64,000 bases of DNA. Source: Mobula hypostoma (taxonomy: Eukaryota). Location: the NCBI RefSeq assembly GCF_963921235.1, contig NC_086100.1, positions 204,230,001 to 204,294,000 of the forward strand, written 5' to 3'. The position numbers were made by a program, and so were the translations under genes. The notes under the pieces were generated by a model. That model was not told the DNA's origin and searched no databases. It was given only the letters and a program-made list of their open reading frames with translations. Each line of letters begins with the position of its first letter. Position 1 is the first letter of the stretch. Below are positions 22,305 through 35,084 of this stretch, piece by piece.

Positions 22305-25010
22305 CCATTTGGCCAATCTAGTCTGTGCCAAAGCATTAATCTGCTGAGTTCTAACAACTTCCACCTGGACCATAGCCCATTATATCCTTCTCATCCATGA
22401 ATCTAAGCAAACTTCTCTTCAAGGTTGAAATCGTCCCTGCCATTCCTCTGGCAGCTCGTTGCACACTCTCCCGCTTCTGAACAAAGAAGCTCCCCCTTAG
22501 TTTTCTCTTAGTGAGTAATGATCTATCACGAATCACTAGATTTTGGAAGGGTTCTGGCGGTCTAGAAAGTTGCAAATGTCACTTTACTCTTTAAGAAGAG
22601 AGGGAGACAGATGAAAGGAAATTATAGTACAGTTACTGTGACCTCAGTGGTCAGGAAGAGGTTAGAGTGTATTAAGGGTGAGTTTTTTTGGTACTGTAAT
22701 TGGGGACGCATGATGAAGTACGCCAAAGTCAGCAGGATTCCTTTAGAGGAAATCGTGTCTGACAAATCACTTGGAATACTTTGAGGGAGTAATAGGCAAA
22801 ATCGATATAGCAGAGACAGTGGATGTTGTTTGCTTGGATTTTCAGATAATCTTTTAGAAGGTACCCCATGCAAGGCTTATTGAGAAAGTAAGGAGGCATG
22901 GGATCCAAGGGGACATTGCTTTGTGCATCCACAACTGGCTTGCCCACAGAAGGCAAAGAATGATTGTAAATGGGGCATATTCTGCATGGAGGTCGGTGAC
23001 CAGTGGAGTGCCTCAGGGATCTGTTCTGGGACCCCTACTCTTAGCGATTTTTATAAATGACCTGGATGAGGAAGTGGAGGGTTGGGTTAGTAAGTTTGCT
23101 GATGACATAAAGGTTGGGGGTGTTATGGATAGTGTGGAGGGCTGTCAGAGATTACAGCGGGATATTGATAGGATGGAAAACTGGGCTAAGTAGTGGCAAA
23201 TGGAGTTCAACCCAGATAAGTGTGAGGTGGTTCATTTTGTTTGGTCAAATATGATGGCAGAATATAGCATTAATGGTAAAACTCTTGGCAGTGTGTAGTA
23301 TCAGAGGGATCTTAGGGTCCGAGTCCATAAGACACTTAAAGTTGCTATGCAGGTTGACTCTGTGGTTAAGAAGGCATACGGTGCATTGGCCTTCCGTGGG
23401 ATTGAGTTTAAGAGACGAGAGGTAATGTTGCAGCTATATCGGACCCTGGTCAGACCCCAATTGAAGTAATTTGCTAAATTCTGGTCACCTCACTACAGAA
23501 AAGATGTGGAAAACCATAGAAAGGGTGCAGAGGGGATATACAAGGATGTTCCCTGGATTCGGGAGCATGCCTTATGAAAACAGGTTGAGTGAACTTGGCC
23601 TTTTCTCCTTGGAGCGACGGAGGATGAGAGGTGATCTGATAGAGGTGTATAGGATGATGAGAGGCATTAATCATGTGGACAGACAGGGGCTTTTTCCAGG
23701 GCTGAAATGGCTAACACGAGAGGGCACAGTTTTGAGGTGCTTGGAAGTAGGTACACAGGAAATAACAGGGGTAAGTTTGTTTTTTTACGCAGAGAGTAGT
23801 GAGTGCGTGGAATGGGCTACCAGCGGCGGTGGTTGAGGCAGAAATATTATGGTCTTTTAAAAGTCTCCTGTATAGGTACATGGAGCTTAGAAAAACAGAG
23901 GACTATGGGTTAAGTCTAGGTCGTTCTAGAGTAAGGACATGGTCGGCACAGCTTTGTGGGCCGAAGGGCCTGTATTGTGTTGCAGGATTTCTGTTTCGAA
24001 GGTGCTGTACGTGAGGCTGCTTAACAAGATCACAGATCATGGAATTACAGGAAAGATACCTGTATGGATCGAAGATTGGCTGACTGAAAAGGGAGAAAGA
24101 GTCAGAATAATGTGGGCAATTCTGTTTTGCTGTCGGTAACTAATGGTGTTCCGTAATGGTCAGTATTGAGACCGCATCTTTTCATGTTAAATCTGAATGA
24201 TATGGATGACGGAATTGATACCTTGGTGACGAGCTTTGCAGTTGATACAAAGATAGGTACGGAACAAGTAGTTTAGAGCAAAGCGGGAGTACGCAGAAGG
24301 ACTTCGATAGGTTTGGAGAACAGGGAACAAAGTAGCAGATGAAATACAGTGTATGCAAGTGTACGGTCATGTACAATTGGTAGAAGGAATAAGGGCATAA
24401 AAAAATAACTGGAAGAAAATTCAAAAATTAGAGGTGCATAGGTACTTGGGAGTCCTTGAACAGGAGTTCCTAAAGGTTTGCTTGCAGATTGAGTTGATTA
24501 AGGATGACAACTGTAATGTTCGCATATAAGAGCAAGGATATAATACGGCAGCTTCATAACGCATTGGTCAGTTCACTCTTGGTGTATTGTGCGCAGTTTC
24601 CGACCTCTTATCTGAGAAAAGATGTGTTCGTTTTGGAGCGGGTCTGGAGAAGGTTCACGAGGATGATTCCAGGAATGAATGGGTTAACGTATGTGGAGCG
24701 TTAGACGGCTTTGACCCTGTTCTCGCTGGTGTAGAAGAAAGAGAGGGGATCTCATTGAAACCTGTTAAATATTGAAAGGCCTCGACAGAGTGGCTGTGAG
24801 GAAGATGCGAGTCTGGGACCAGAGGCCACGGTCTGAACACATAGGACATCCACTGAGAGCAGAGGTGAGGAGGAATTTCTTTCGTCAGGTCGTGGTAAGT
24901 CTTTGGAATTCATTGCCACGGACGGAGTAGAGGCCAAGTCATTGTGGGTATTTTAAATGGATGTTCAATTATTTTTGGGAGAAGACGGGAGAATGGGTTT
25001 GAGAGAGATA
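22305..25010. mobile_element. Cluster of CR1 fragments: minus tail 22305-22510, then plus RT fragments, including a younger one at ~22860-23995
   Basis: SGVPQGSVLGP, FADD, RRMRGDLIEVY motifs. Confidence 0.85.
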
Positions 25011-25141
25011 ATCGGGGGATTCTCTTGGGGCATTAGTTGGAGTAATTCATTTTTCAATTTTTTTTTACAGCCTTTCACTATTTATATTAAAGTGTTTATA
25101 ATACTTTTATATGCCTGAACTATGATTTCTAATCGCCGGAA

Positions 25142-27706
25142 ATGAATACCAGAGGGCAAAAGGCATCAGCCGAAGGCAGGGAAGCCGGTAATGGAAGTGG
25201 AAGGAAAGAACGAGATCCTAAACAACTTAAACAGTCTCCGCTCACTTTGGAAGCTATGTCGAAACACCTGGATGATAAATTAGATAAAAGAAAAATTCTA
25301 CTTTGGAAGCAGTATTAAAGGAGGTCGAAAGCAGACGGGGAACTCTCAAGCGGGACAGTGAAAAACAACAGCAGCAAACAGCTGAACTCGATGAAGCTGG
25401 AAGACAGGGAGATCGCAGATTGGATGCACGGGAAAAGAAATTAACTTCGACTACTCAGACACTGGAACAGTATAAACTCAAGATTATTGACCTAGAAAGT
25501 CGCAGTCGTAGACAGAACCTGCGAATAATAGGACTCGGTGAAGACGTTGAGACTGGTGGTCTTACTAAACTCGTTCCTCAATTTTTAATGGGCGTGTTCG
25601 GGTCTGAAGCTTTCTCTGCTACCCCTATCCTCGATCGTGCGCACTGTGCTCCGAGAGCCAAACCCCCTAAAGAGCTGAAGTCCCGACCTGTTATAATTCG
25701 ATTCCACTATGTGCAAACCAAGGAGCATTTAATTCGAATTGCCCGGCGGAAAGGGGTTATTATACACGGGGACCTCACGTTTCGGCTGGTTGAAGACTAT
25801 AGTCCCGAGGTGTGCGAGAAAGATTGACAATAGACAATAGGTGCTGAATTAGACCATTCATCCCTTCGAGCCTGCACCACCATTCTGAGATCATGGCTGA
25901 TCATCTACTATCAATACCCGGTTCCTGCCTTGTCCCCATAACCCTTGATTCCCCTATCCATAAGATATCTATCTAGCTCCTTCTTGAAAGCATCCAGAAA
26001 ATTGGCCTCCACTGCCTTCTGAGGCAGCGCGTTCCACACCTCCACAACTCTCTGGGAGAAGAAGTTCCTCCTCAACTCTGTCCTAAATGACCTACCCCTT
26101 ATTCTTAAACCATGCCCTCTGGTACTGGACTCCCCCAGCATCTGGAACATATTTCCTGCCTCTATCTTGTCCAATCCCTTAATAATCTTATATGTCTCAA
26201 TCAGATCCCCCCTCAATCTCCTTAATTCCAGCGTGTACAAGCCCAGTCTCTCTAACCTCTCTGCGTAAGACAGTCCGGACATCCCAGGAATTAACCTAGT
26301 GAACCTACGCTGCACCTCCTCCACAGCCATGATGTCCTTCCTTAACCCTGGAGACTAAAACTGCACACAATACTCCAGGTGTGGTCTCACCAGGGCCCTG
26401 TACAAATGCAAAAAGATTTCCTTGCTCTTGTACTCCATTCCCTTTGTAATAAAGGCCAACATTCCATTAGCCTTCTTCACTGCCTGCTGCACTTGCTCAT
26501 TCACCTTCAGAGACTGATGAACAATTACTCCTAGATCCCTTTGTATTTCTTCCTTACCTAACTCCACACCGTACAGATAATAATCTGCCTTCCTGTTCTT
26601 GCTCCCATAGTGAATAACCTCACACTTATTCACATTAAACACCATCTGCCAAGTTTCTGCCCATTCACCCAGCCTATCCAAATCACCTTGAATTCTCCTA
26701 ATATCCTCATCACGTCACACTGCCACCCAGCTTAGTATCATCAGCAAACTTGCTGATGTTATTCATAATGCCTTCCTCTAAATTATTGACGTAAATCATA
26801 GACAGCTGAGGTCCCAATACCGAGCCCTATGGCACCCCACTAGTCACCACCTGCCATTCCGAGAAACACCCATTCACTGCTACCCTTTGCTTTCTATCTG
26901 CCAACCAGTTTTCTATCCATGTCAATATCCTCCCCCCAATGCCATGAGCTCTGATTTTACCCACCAATCTCCTATGTGGTGCCTTATCAAATGCCTTCTG
27001 AAAGTCAAAGTACACCACATCCACTGGATCTCCCGCGTCTATCTTCCTGGTTACATCCTCGAAAAACTCCAATAGATTAGACAAGCGTGATTTGCCCTTG
27101 GTAAATCCATGCTGGCTCGGCCCAATCCTATCACTGCTATCAAGATATGCCGCTATTTCATCTTTAATAATGGACTCTAACATCTTCCCCGCTACTGATG
27201 TTAGGCTAACAGGTCTCTGTTTTCTCCCTCCCTCCTTTCTTAAAAAGTGGGATAACATTAGCCATTCGTCAATCCTCAGGAACTGATCCTGAATCTAAAG
27301 AAATTGGAAAATGATCACCAATGCATCCGCAATTTCCAGAGCCACCTCCTTTAGTACCCTAGGATGCAGACCATCTGGGCTTGGGGATTTCTTAGCCTTC
27401 AGTCCCATCAGTCTACTCATCACTGTTTCCTTCCGAATCTGTTTCAGTTCCTCTGTTACCCTGTGTCCTTGGCCCATCCATACATCTGGGAGATTGCTTG
27501 TGTCTTCCCTAGTGAAGACAGATCGAAAGTACTTATTGCTTTTTAAACCGGTGATGTCCGAACTTTATCAAAGAAAGTTTCAATCAGCTGTACTATTTCC
27601 AGCCCGTTTAAGGATTTTTCTGCCTGACAAATCACGGAAATGGTTTAAATCCATGGAAGAAGCTCAACAATTCCTTGACAACCACCGTTCGATCCCAGCT
27701 GTCTAA
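25142..27706 (+). mobile_element. Second, older L1: ORF1 split by a CR1 insertion
   Basis: DLESRSRRQNLRIIG..RPVIIRF..RLVEDYS before 25827, resuming FKPVMSELY..LFPARLRI after 27536. Confidence 0.88.
25827..27534 (-). mobile_element. Young 5'-truncated CR1
   Basis: ORFs 25911..26330, 26355..26681 and 26827..27258; GACAATA tail; closely matches 41720-43440 in reverse complement. Confidence 0.92.
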
Positions 27707-27799
27707 TAAATTTACTGTCGCTTCATGTCTCTATTCATTTGGTTTATAAGTTAATACTCAGTTCATGGATTTAGACTTTTGAAGTTTGAAGATTTTTGC

Positions 27800-28915
27800 C
27801 ATTCACACGGTTCCACACGGTAGGCTTATTCAGGAAGACAGAAAGCATGGGATCCAGGAGGATACAGAATTGGCTTGCCTGCAGAAGGCAGAGGGTCGTG
27901 GTGGAGGGAGTACATTCGGATTGGAGGATTTTGACTAGTGGTGTCCCACAATGATCTGTTCTGGGACCTCTACTTTTCGTGATTTTTATTAGCGACCTGG
28001 ATGTGGTGGTAAAAGGGTGGGTTGGCAAGTTTGCAGACGACACAAAGGTTGGTGGTATTGTAGATAGTGTAGAGGATTGTCAAAGATTGCAGAGAGACAT
28101 TGATAGGATGTAGAAGTGGGCTGAGAAGTGGCAGATGGAATTCAATCTGGAGAAGTGTGAGGTTGTACACTTTGGAAGGACAAACTCGAAGGCAGAGTAA
28201 AAAGTAAATGGCAGGATTCTTGGGAGTGTGGAGGAGCAGAGGGATCTAGAGTACATGTCCACAGATCCCTGAAAGTTGCCTCACAGGTGGATGGGGTACT
28301 TAAGAAAACATGTAGTGTGTTAGCTTTCATAAGTCGAGGCATAGAGTTTAAGAGTCGCAAGGAAGTGATGCAGCTCTATAAAATTCTGGTTAGACCACAC
28401 GGAGTACTGTATCCAGTTCTGGTCGCCTCAGTATAGGAAGGATGCGGAAGCATTGGAAAGGGTACAGAGGAGATTTACCAGGATGCTGCCTGGTTTAGAG
28501 AGTATACATTATGATCAGAGCTTAAGGGAGCTCGAGCTTTACTTTTTGGAGAGAAGGAGGATGAGAGGAGACATGATGGAGGTGTACAAGATAATAAGAG
28601 GAATAGATAGAGCGGATAGCCAGCACCTCTTCCCCAGGGCACCACTGCTCAATACAAGAGGACACGCCTTTAAGGTAAGGGGTGGGGAGTTCAAGGGGGA
28701 TATTAGAGGAAGGTTTTTTTACTCAGAGAGTGGTTGGTGGGTGGAATGCAGTGCCTGAGTCGGTGGTGGAGGCAGATACGCTAGTGAAATTTAAGAGACT
28801 ACCAGACAGGTATATGGTGGAATTGAAGTTGGGGGTATATATGGGAGGCAGGGTTTAAGGGTGGGCACAACATTGTAGGCTGAAGGACCTGTACTGTGCT
28901 CTACTATTCTATGCT
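27800..28915 (+). mobile_element. CR1 3' fragment
   Basis: KFADDTK and ERVQRRFTRMLPG..RGHAFKV motifs; (CTATG)n-like tail. Confidence 0.85.
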
Positions 28916-28916
28916 C

Positions 28917-29005
28917 TATGATTACTTTTTTATCCACTCTCGATTAGTTCCGTCTGTTACTGCCTGTGAGTCCGATGAAATCATTGTTTCCGATCATGTG
29001 CTAAA
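28917..29005 (+). mobile_element. L1 ORF2 endonuclease remnant
   Basis: DYFFIHSRLVPSVTACESDEIIVSDH matches DYFFIDSRLIPSVIKCDYDSITISDH of the intact L1. Confidence 0.75.
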
Positions 29006-29129
29006 TGTTACATCAGTTGATTTGATTGGAAGTTTAGACGGGCTGGGGGGCGATACCCTCTATATTAAGCTGCCAGCCGAAGCGAGAGTTGCATAAGGTT
29101 AGATAACATAAGGCACTGATGGAGGAGGG

Positions 29130-29724
29130 AGGAGAAGATGGCGAAGCCACGCAGCGTGCGTAGCCGTTCCAAATAAATATCGATTATGTGTAAGCAGGGG
29201 GTCGTGCACAATCCGGATTTGATGGAGAGAGCCTTGAGAGGCGCAGAGGAACATCTGGAGTAACTTCTAAAATGCCTGCTTCGCTGCCGCTGCTGCTGTG
29301 CGATCGAGAATCTACGGAGATGAAGGCCCCAAATCCTCGGCTTTGCCTACCGCCTGTTGCCGGGGCCAGGGTTGAAGTACTCGGCAGAGATGGTGCTCGG
29401 TGTCGAAGAAGTGGTCGGAGGCTCGGAGCTTTCGGACGGACTCGGAGTCGGACTGTGGTCGGGTGCTTCCAGGATGCTGTATCGACAAGTTGGCGGCGCT
29501 GGAGGTTTACCGTCGGCGTGAGATGATGGGACTTTCGAGAGACTTTGAGACTTTTACTATGCCATAGTCTATTCTTATCAAATTGCGGTATTGCTTTGCA
29601 CTGTTGTAACTATATGTCATAATTATGTGGTTTTTGTTAATTTTTAAATCGGGTTCTCATGTGTTTTCGTGATATCATTCTGGAAAAAAACATTCTGTCA
29701 TTTTTAATGCATGCATTACTAAAT
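29130..29724 (+). mobile_element. Unclassified CpG-rich, probably non-autonomous retroelement
   Basis: Starts with GGAGAAGATGGCG (YY1-like), GC-rich head and T-rich tail, no ORF; abuts the truncated ZNF paralog. Confidence 0.4.
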
Positions 29725-30770
29725 GAAGGATGATCGAGTGAATCCCTTGCTCCACTTCTTAAATGCCTGGACAGAGACAACAAAAGTGGCGTGCTGTGTT
29801 CGAGATTCCCGTAGACAAATTCCTTGTCATTTGTAACCTGTAAGAAGATTTACAAAATCCATCAGTGGTTGTAGGACAACATTTCAGATGAGATCACTTG
29901 TGTTGTCAAGGTGTGATCTGACATCACACTGTTACAGTGAAGCTCAACCCAAGTTGGAGAGAGAAATCATCTTTTGACTGAGCACAGTGCTGGTATCTGG
30001 AATGACCATCAATTTCTCTAATGATCTTCCTGTCTCTATAAGAATAGAACATTTCTACCATCTCCAATTAGTGACCTGGCTCAGTTAGACACTCTCCTTT
30101 GGTATTATTCCTTGTTCCCACTGAGCTGCAGGGGTTTCTGGCCCCACAGTAACTGAAACACTTTCACACAAATAGTCGGCAGTGTACTCCACGCACCCAC
30201 CACTCGCTGTGTGAAAAAACCTACCCGTGACATCCCTCGGTATCTATTTCAAAGCACCTTAAAGCTATGTGCCCTCGTGTTAGCCATTTCAGCCCTGGGG
30301 GAGAAAAAGCCTGTGGCTATTCACATGATTAATACCCCTCATCATCTACTACATGTATAAAAGGTACTAAACATAAACAAGGTAATTATACATTGCGTTG
30401 AGGATTTGTTAGAAGTACACAAAATTATGAGGGAACAGATAGGCTAAATGCAAGCAGCTTTTTCCACTGAAGTTGGGTGGGACTACAACCAGAGGTCATG
30501 GGTAAGGGCGGAAGGTGAAAATTTAATGGGAACATGTGGAAAAGCTCTTTACTGAAATGGTCGTGAGAGTGTGGAATGAGATGCCAGCACAAGTGGTGAA
30601 TATGAGCTCGGTTTCACCATTTAAAAGAAGGAGCCCGGATGGTAGGGGTATGGAGGGCGATGGTCCCGGTGCAGGGAGTTGTATTAGACAGCTTAAATGT
30701 TTTTTTAGCATTGACTAGATGGACCAAGTAGCCTGTTTCCGTACTGAACGTCTCCATGTTTCTGTGACAC
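29725..30770 (-). pseudogene. Truncated ZNF paralog (inverted copy of ~64-1125)
   Basis: Reverse complement aligns to the intron, acceptor (TTACAG|G, exon start 29837) and exon start of the 1416 gene; finger array absent. Confidence 0.8.
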
Positions 30771-31229
30771 CTTTGTTTCTTGGCATAGCCTGCCATCTCC
30801 ACAAATTTGCTCCTCTAAATCCCTCGGACTGTTGGGTGCAACTAAGTCCCAATAATGGATACAATATCACAATTCCCTGTCCTGAGCTTCTCTGGCTTTC
30901 CTACGAAGCTTCTTGCATTGTGATATACAGAGCTCAGGACAGTCGTCGCACCATGCTCAATCTTTTGATTGCGGACTTTGTCTGAGGTCTGAACAACATC
31001 TGTCCGGTGTCAAAACAACCTCTGTGGGACCACCAGTATATCGGACTGATTAATACAATGCTGAGAGAATTGTATTTCAATGTTATATTGCCTGTCCTGT
31101 TGTACATACAATTTATTATAAATTACTATAAATTGCACATTGTACATTTAGTTGGAGACGTAACATGAAGATTTTTTCTCCTCATGTATGTGAAGGATAT
31201 AATTAATAAAGCCAATTCAATTCAATTCA

Positions 31230-31730
31230 CACTCTCCACTATCTGTTCTGGCATTCTGGCTCCCATCCCCCTCCCCCTGAAACTTTAGTTTAACCTCACC
31301 ACCACCACCCCCACCCCCACTAGCAGTAGCTAGTCTTACCCCTAGGATATTAGTCCCCTTCCAGTTCTGTTTCTCTAACTAACAAATCCTCTATCACCCT
31401 TTTGATATTCCAGTGCCAGTTAATTCCCTCCAACACGTTCTAAAGTGGTCCACCTATTGTTGTGGGGGATGGTCACAAAAGTACTCTACGATACCTATTT
31501 AATATGGTTCCCCTTCCTGACTCTCACCCACTTTCCTGTGTCCTGTACCTTGGGTGTAACTCACCTCTCTTCATGCCATATCTATCACCCCTTCCAACTA
31601 CTGGATGATCCAGAATTCATCCATTTCCAGCTCCAATTCCTTAAAGTGCTGGTTTACAAGCTGCAGCTGGATGCACATCTTGTAGGTGAGAGTGACAGGG
31701 ACACTGCAGGTCTCTTCATCTTCCCACCAA
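31230..31730 (-). mobile_element. Degenerate CR1 5'/ORF1 fragment
   Basis: Similar in reverse complement to the CR1 ORF1 region at 39350-40260. Confidence 0.55.
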
Positions 31731-32139
31731 TGTCCCCTCTAACCAGTGTGCGCAAAAAATCTTGTGCTGTGCAATTTTGACCCAGCGACAACAAAATGTG
31801 CACACTGAATTCCATATAGAGAGGTATTCATATTAACAGCTAGCAAATCAATGTCAATAAGAACTTTTATTTCCTCTGGGTTCGATCGAGTTCATCTGCT
31901 CTCTCACACAACCTATGTAGCAGGCCTGTAGCGGATAATGAAGGATTTTCTTGCCAAAGCATTTGGAGACCGACCATATGAGATTTGCTTGCTAAGCGAC
32001 GCTTTAAAAAGTCAAATTTCCAAATATCACTCCATTTCTTCCCACTTGAAAGTTCTCCAGCAACTTTTGCATCGCCACATTACACACAGGTAACACCAGT
32101 TTTTGTACTGTACATAAAATTGGATTAATAAATATGCCG

Positions 32140-33050
32140 ATGATACTAAGATAGGAGGAGTTGTGGATAGTGAAGTGGGTTCTCAAAGCTTGCAGAGAGA
32201 TTTAGGCCAGTTAGAAGAGTGGGCTGAAAGATGGCAGATGGAGTTTAATGCTGATAAATGTGAGGTGCTACATTTTGGTAGGACTAATCAAAATAGGAAA
32301 TACATGGGAAATGGTAGGGCATTGAAGAATGCAGTAGAATAGTGGGATCTAGGTATAATGGTGCATAGTTCCCTGAAGGTGGAATCTCATATGGATAGGG
32401 TGGTGAAGAAAGCTTTTAGTATGCTGGCCTTTATAAATCAGAGCATTGAGTATAGGAGTTGGGATGCAATGTTAAAATTGTACAAGGCATTGGTAAGGCC
32501 AAATTTGGAGCGTTGTGTACTGTTCTGGTTACCGAATTATAGGAAATATGTCAACAAAATAGAGAGAGTACAGAGAAGATTTACTAGAATGTTACCTAGT
32601 TTTCATCACCTAGGATACAGAGAAAGGTTGAACAAGTTAGGTCTTTATTCTTTGGATCGTAGAAGGTTGAGGGGGACTTGATAGAGGTATTTAAATTTAT
32701 GAGGGGGATAAATAGAGTAGACGTGGATAGGCTTTGTCCATTGAGAGTAGGGGAGATTCAAACAAGAGGACATGATTTGAGACTTAAAGGGCAAAAGTTT
32801 AGGTGTAACATGAGAAGGATCCTCTTTACTCAGAGAGTGATAGCTGTGTGGAACGAGCTTCCAGCAGAAGTGGTTGAGGCAGGTTCGATGTTGTCATTTA
32901 AAGTTAAATTGGATAGCTATACGGCCAGGAAAGGAATGAAGGGTTATGGGCTGAGTGCAGGTCGGTGGGACTAGGTGAGAGTAAGCGTTCGGCACGGACT
33001 AGAAGGGCCGAGATGGCCTGTTTCCGTGCTGTAATAGTTTTATGGTTATA
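32140..33050 (+). mobile_element. CR1 3' fragment
   Basis: ORFs 32358..32681 and 32678..32974; TATGGTTA tail. Confidence 0.88.
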
Positions 33051-33296
33051 TGGTTATAAATATTTCCCCTGAACCCTGTCCCAGGTGACTGACGATGGTG
33101 AACTCGTTGATGTCAATGCCAATGAATATGAAGGGAAGGACAGAGGTCTGCCTCACTGGAGTCTGGCACATTTGTGATGTGAAAGCTACCTGTTGCCTAG
33201 GGCAAAGGTGTTTGATATCATTATGTACCCAGAGAGAATGGGTCAAAACATGTTCTCACCGGTAGAAATGTCCAGAACAAGAGGAGGTAGAACAAG

Positions 33297-33428
33297 CAAC
33301 ACACACAAAATGCTGGAGGAACTCAGCAGGCCAGGCAGCATCTATAGAAAAGAGTATTAATGCTGAGTTCCTCCAGCATTTTGTATGCGTTGCTTGGAAT
33401 TCCAGCATCTACAGATTTTCTGTTGTTT
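33297..33428. repeat. Inverted pair of PLE tail fragments
   Basis: Perfect 24-bp inverted repeat ACAAAATGCTGGAGGAACTCAGCA at 33305-33328 and 33361-33384. Confidence 0.8.
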
Positions 33429-34539
33429 GAGATAGGAGGGAGAACAAAGGTGATTTTCTCAAATGCTGATGGAAAGATTTTGTTCCCTTTCTCCGAGTTC
33501 CAAATCCTTGCATTTAGATAGCTGGAGCTCAGCTCTATCCGAGAGATCCATCAGTTCCCATTCCCTGATAAGCCGGAAGCTCTCCAGGGCCCGTGTACGG
33601 ACCGTGGGGCTGAGAGAGAGGGACGAGAACAGGATTGTCCCGGGATTTCAGGTCACGGTGTCCGGAATGCACAGCAATTGTCCCTCAGTTAGTGTTGAAA
33701 AGCACACCCGGAGATCGCCCCTTACCTGCAGTCCATATATGCGAGGCCTCTTGTGTACTGCCGCATGTGTGATATTCGGTAACTTCACAACCCTGACGCC
33801 TGCGCATTTGATCTGTGGTTCAGCAACGGCGAAACGTTTAACTCGGGGCTTTATGGATAATCACTGTTTCTGCAAGCACCGGTTGGATGTCCATACCTCA
33901 GGATTTCTCTGTGTATAAAAAGCGGCTCCCATAAACAATATACTCAACATGTATCTAATGCCAAAGTACAAATGCAGATATGAAACACAAGAGATACTGC
34001 AGTTGCTGGAAATACAGAGACGCACACACACAACTAAGCAGAGGAGTACACAGACTAGGCATTCTGAAGGGGCTCGGGCTAAACGTTGTCCATTTATTCC
34101 TCTCCACATTTACTTCCTGATCTGCTGATTTCCTCCAATATTTTGAAGAAATTAACCACTTTTTTTTCAATCAACCAGTTTCCAAATTTCTCTGATCTTT
34201 TAATTGTAGCCACATCCTGCTGGTCTCATTCTTCTTCCTCCCCCTCCTTGTAAACTCTAGCTCCCATCTCTTTCTGGAGCCCCAAAGCCCTGATTGCTGC
34301 TGGCAACTCTGGTTTCTGACTCTGCTCCATCGAAGATTCACTCGCTAGTCTGCTGTCAGACTGTCGAGGTGCATTGCAACAACCCAGCTGTCTGAGGCAC
34401 AGTCCTTTGAAATTCGTGAAAATGACACAAAACATTGAAAAGAGCGGGGAAGAAGGAGTTTAACCACATTAGTCCAAAGACCCGAAGAAAGTCAAAACCA
34501 CTGTGAGCACATCGTCTTATTCAGCCTAGAGAAAATAAT

Positions 34540-34910
34540 GTAGGAAATTCATACAGGTGTGCAAGACAATGAGAGGAACTGGTTGTGCGAATAGCCAAAG
34601 GCTTTTTTCCCAGGACGAAAATGGCTAACACGAGGAAGCATAGTTTTAAAGTGCTTTAAGGTGGTTGCATGGGAGATGTCAAAGGTAAGTTTTCTACAAA
34701 AAGCGTGGTGTTTGTGTGGAATGCACTGCCAGCGACAGTGATGGAGGCTGATCTGATAAGTGTTTCAAGAGACTCTTAGATAGGTACATGGAGCCTAGAA
34801 AATTAAAGGGTTATGCCGTACGGTAATTTTCGGCAGTCCCTAGTTATATGGTCAGCACAACATTGTGGGCCGAAGGGCATGTAATGTGTTGTAGATTTAC
34901 ATGATTCTAT
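34540..34910 (+). mobile_element. CR1 3' fragment
   Basis: Same family as 23640-23995 (GGCTAACACGAG..TGGAATGCACTGCC). Confidence 0.75.
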
Positions 34911-35084
34911 GAAATTCAAGGGAAATCTCTTCTCCAATGGAGTGGTGACCAGTTGCAACCTGTCATCACAGGGAGAGTGAGAGAGGAACGGCAGGGACAG
35001 ATTTAAAATACTGATAAGGAGCAGAAACATGGGCAGGGACCAGATGGGCCGAGTGGCCACTCTAGTGTATATTGTGCGTGTGGT

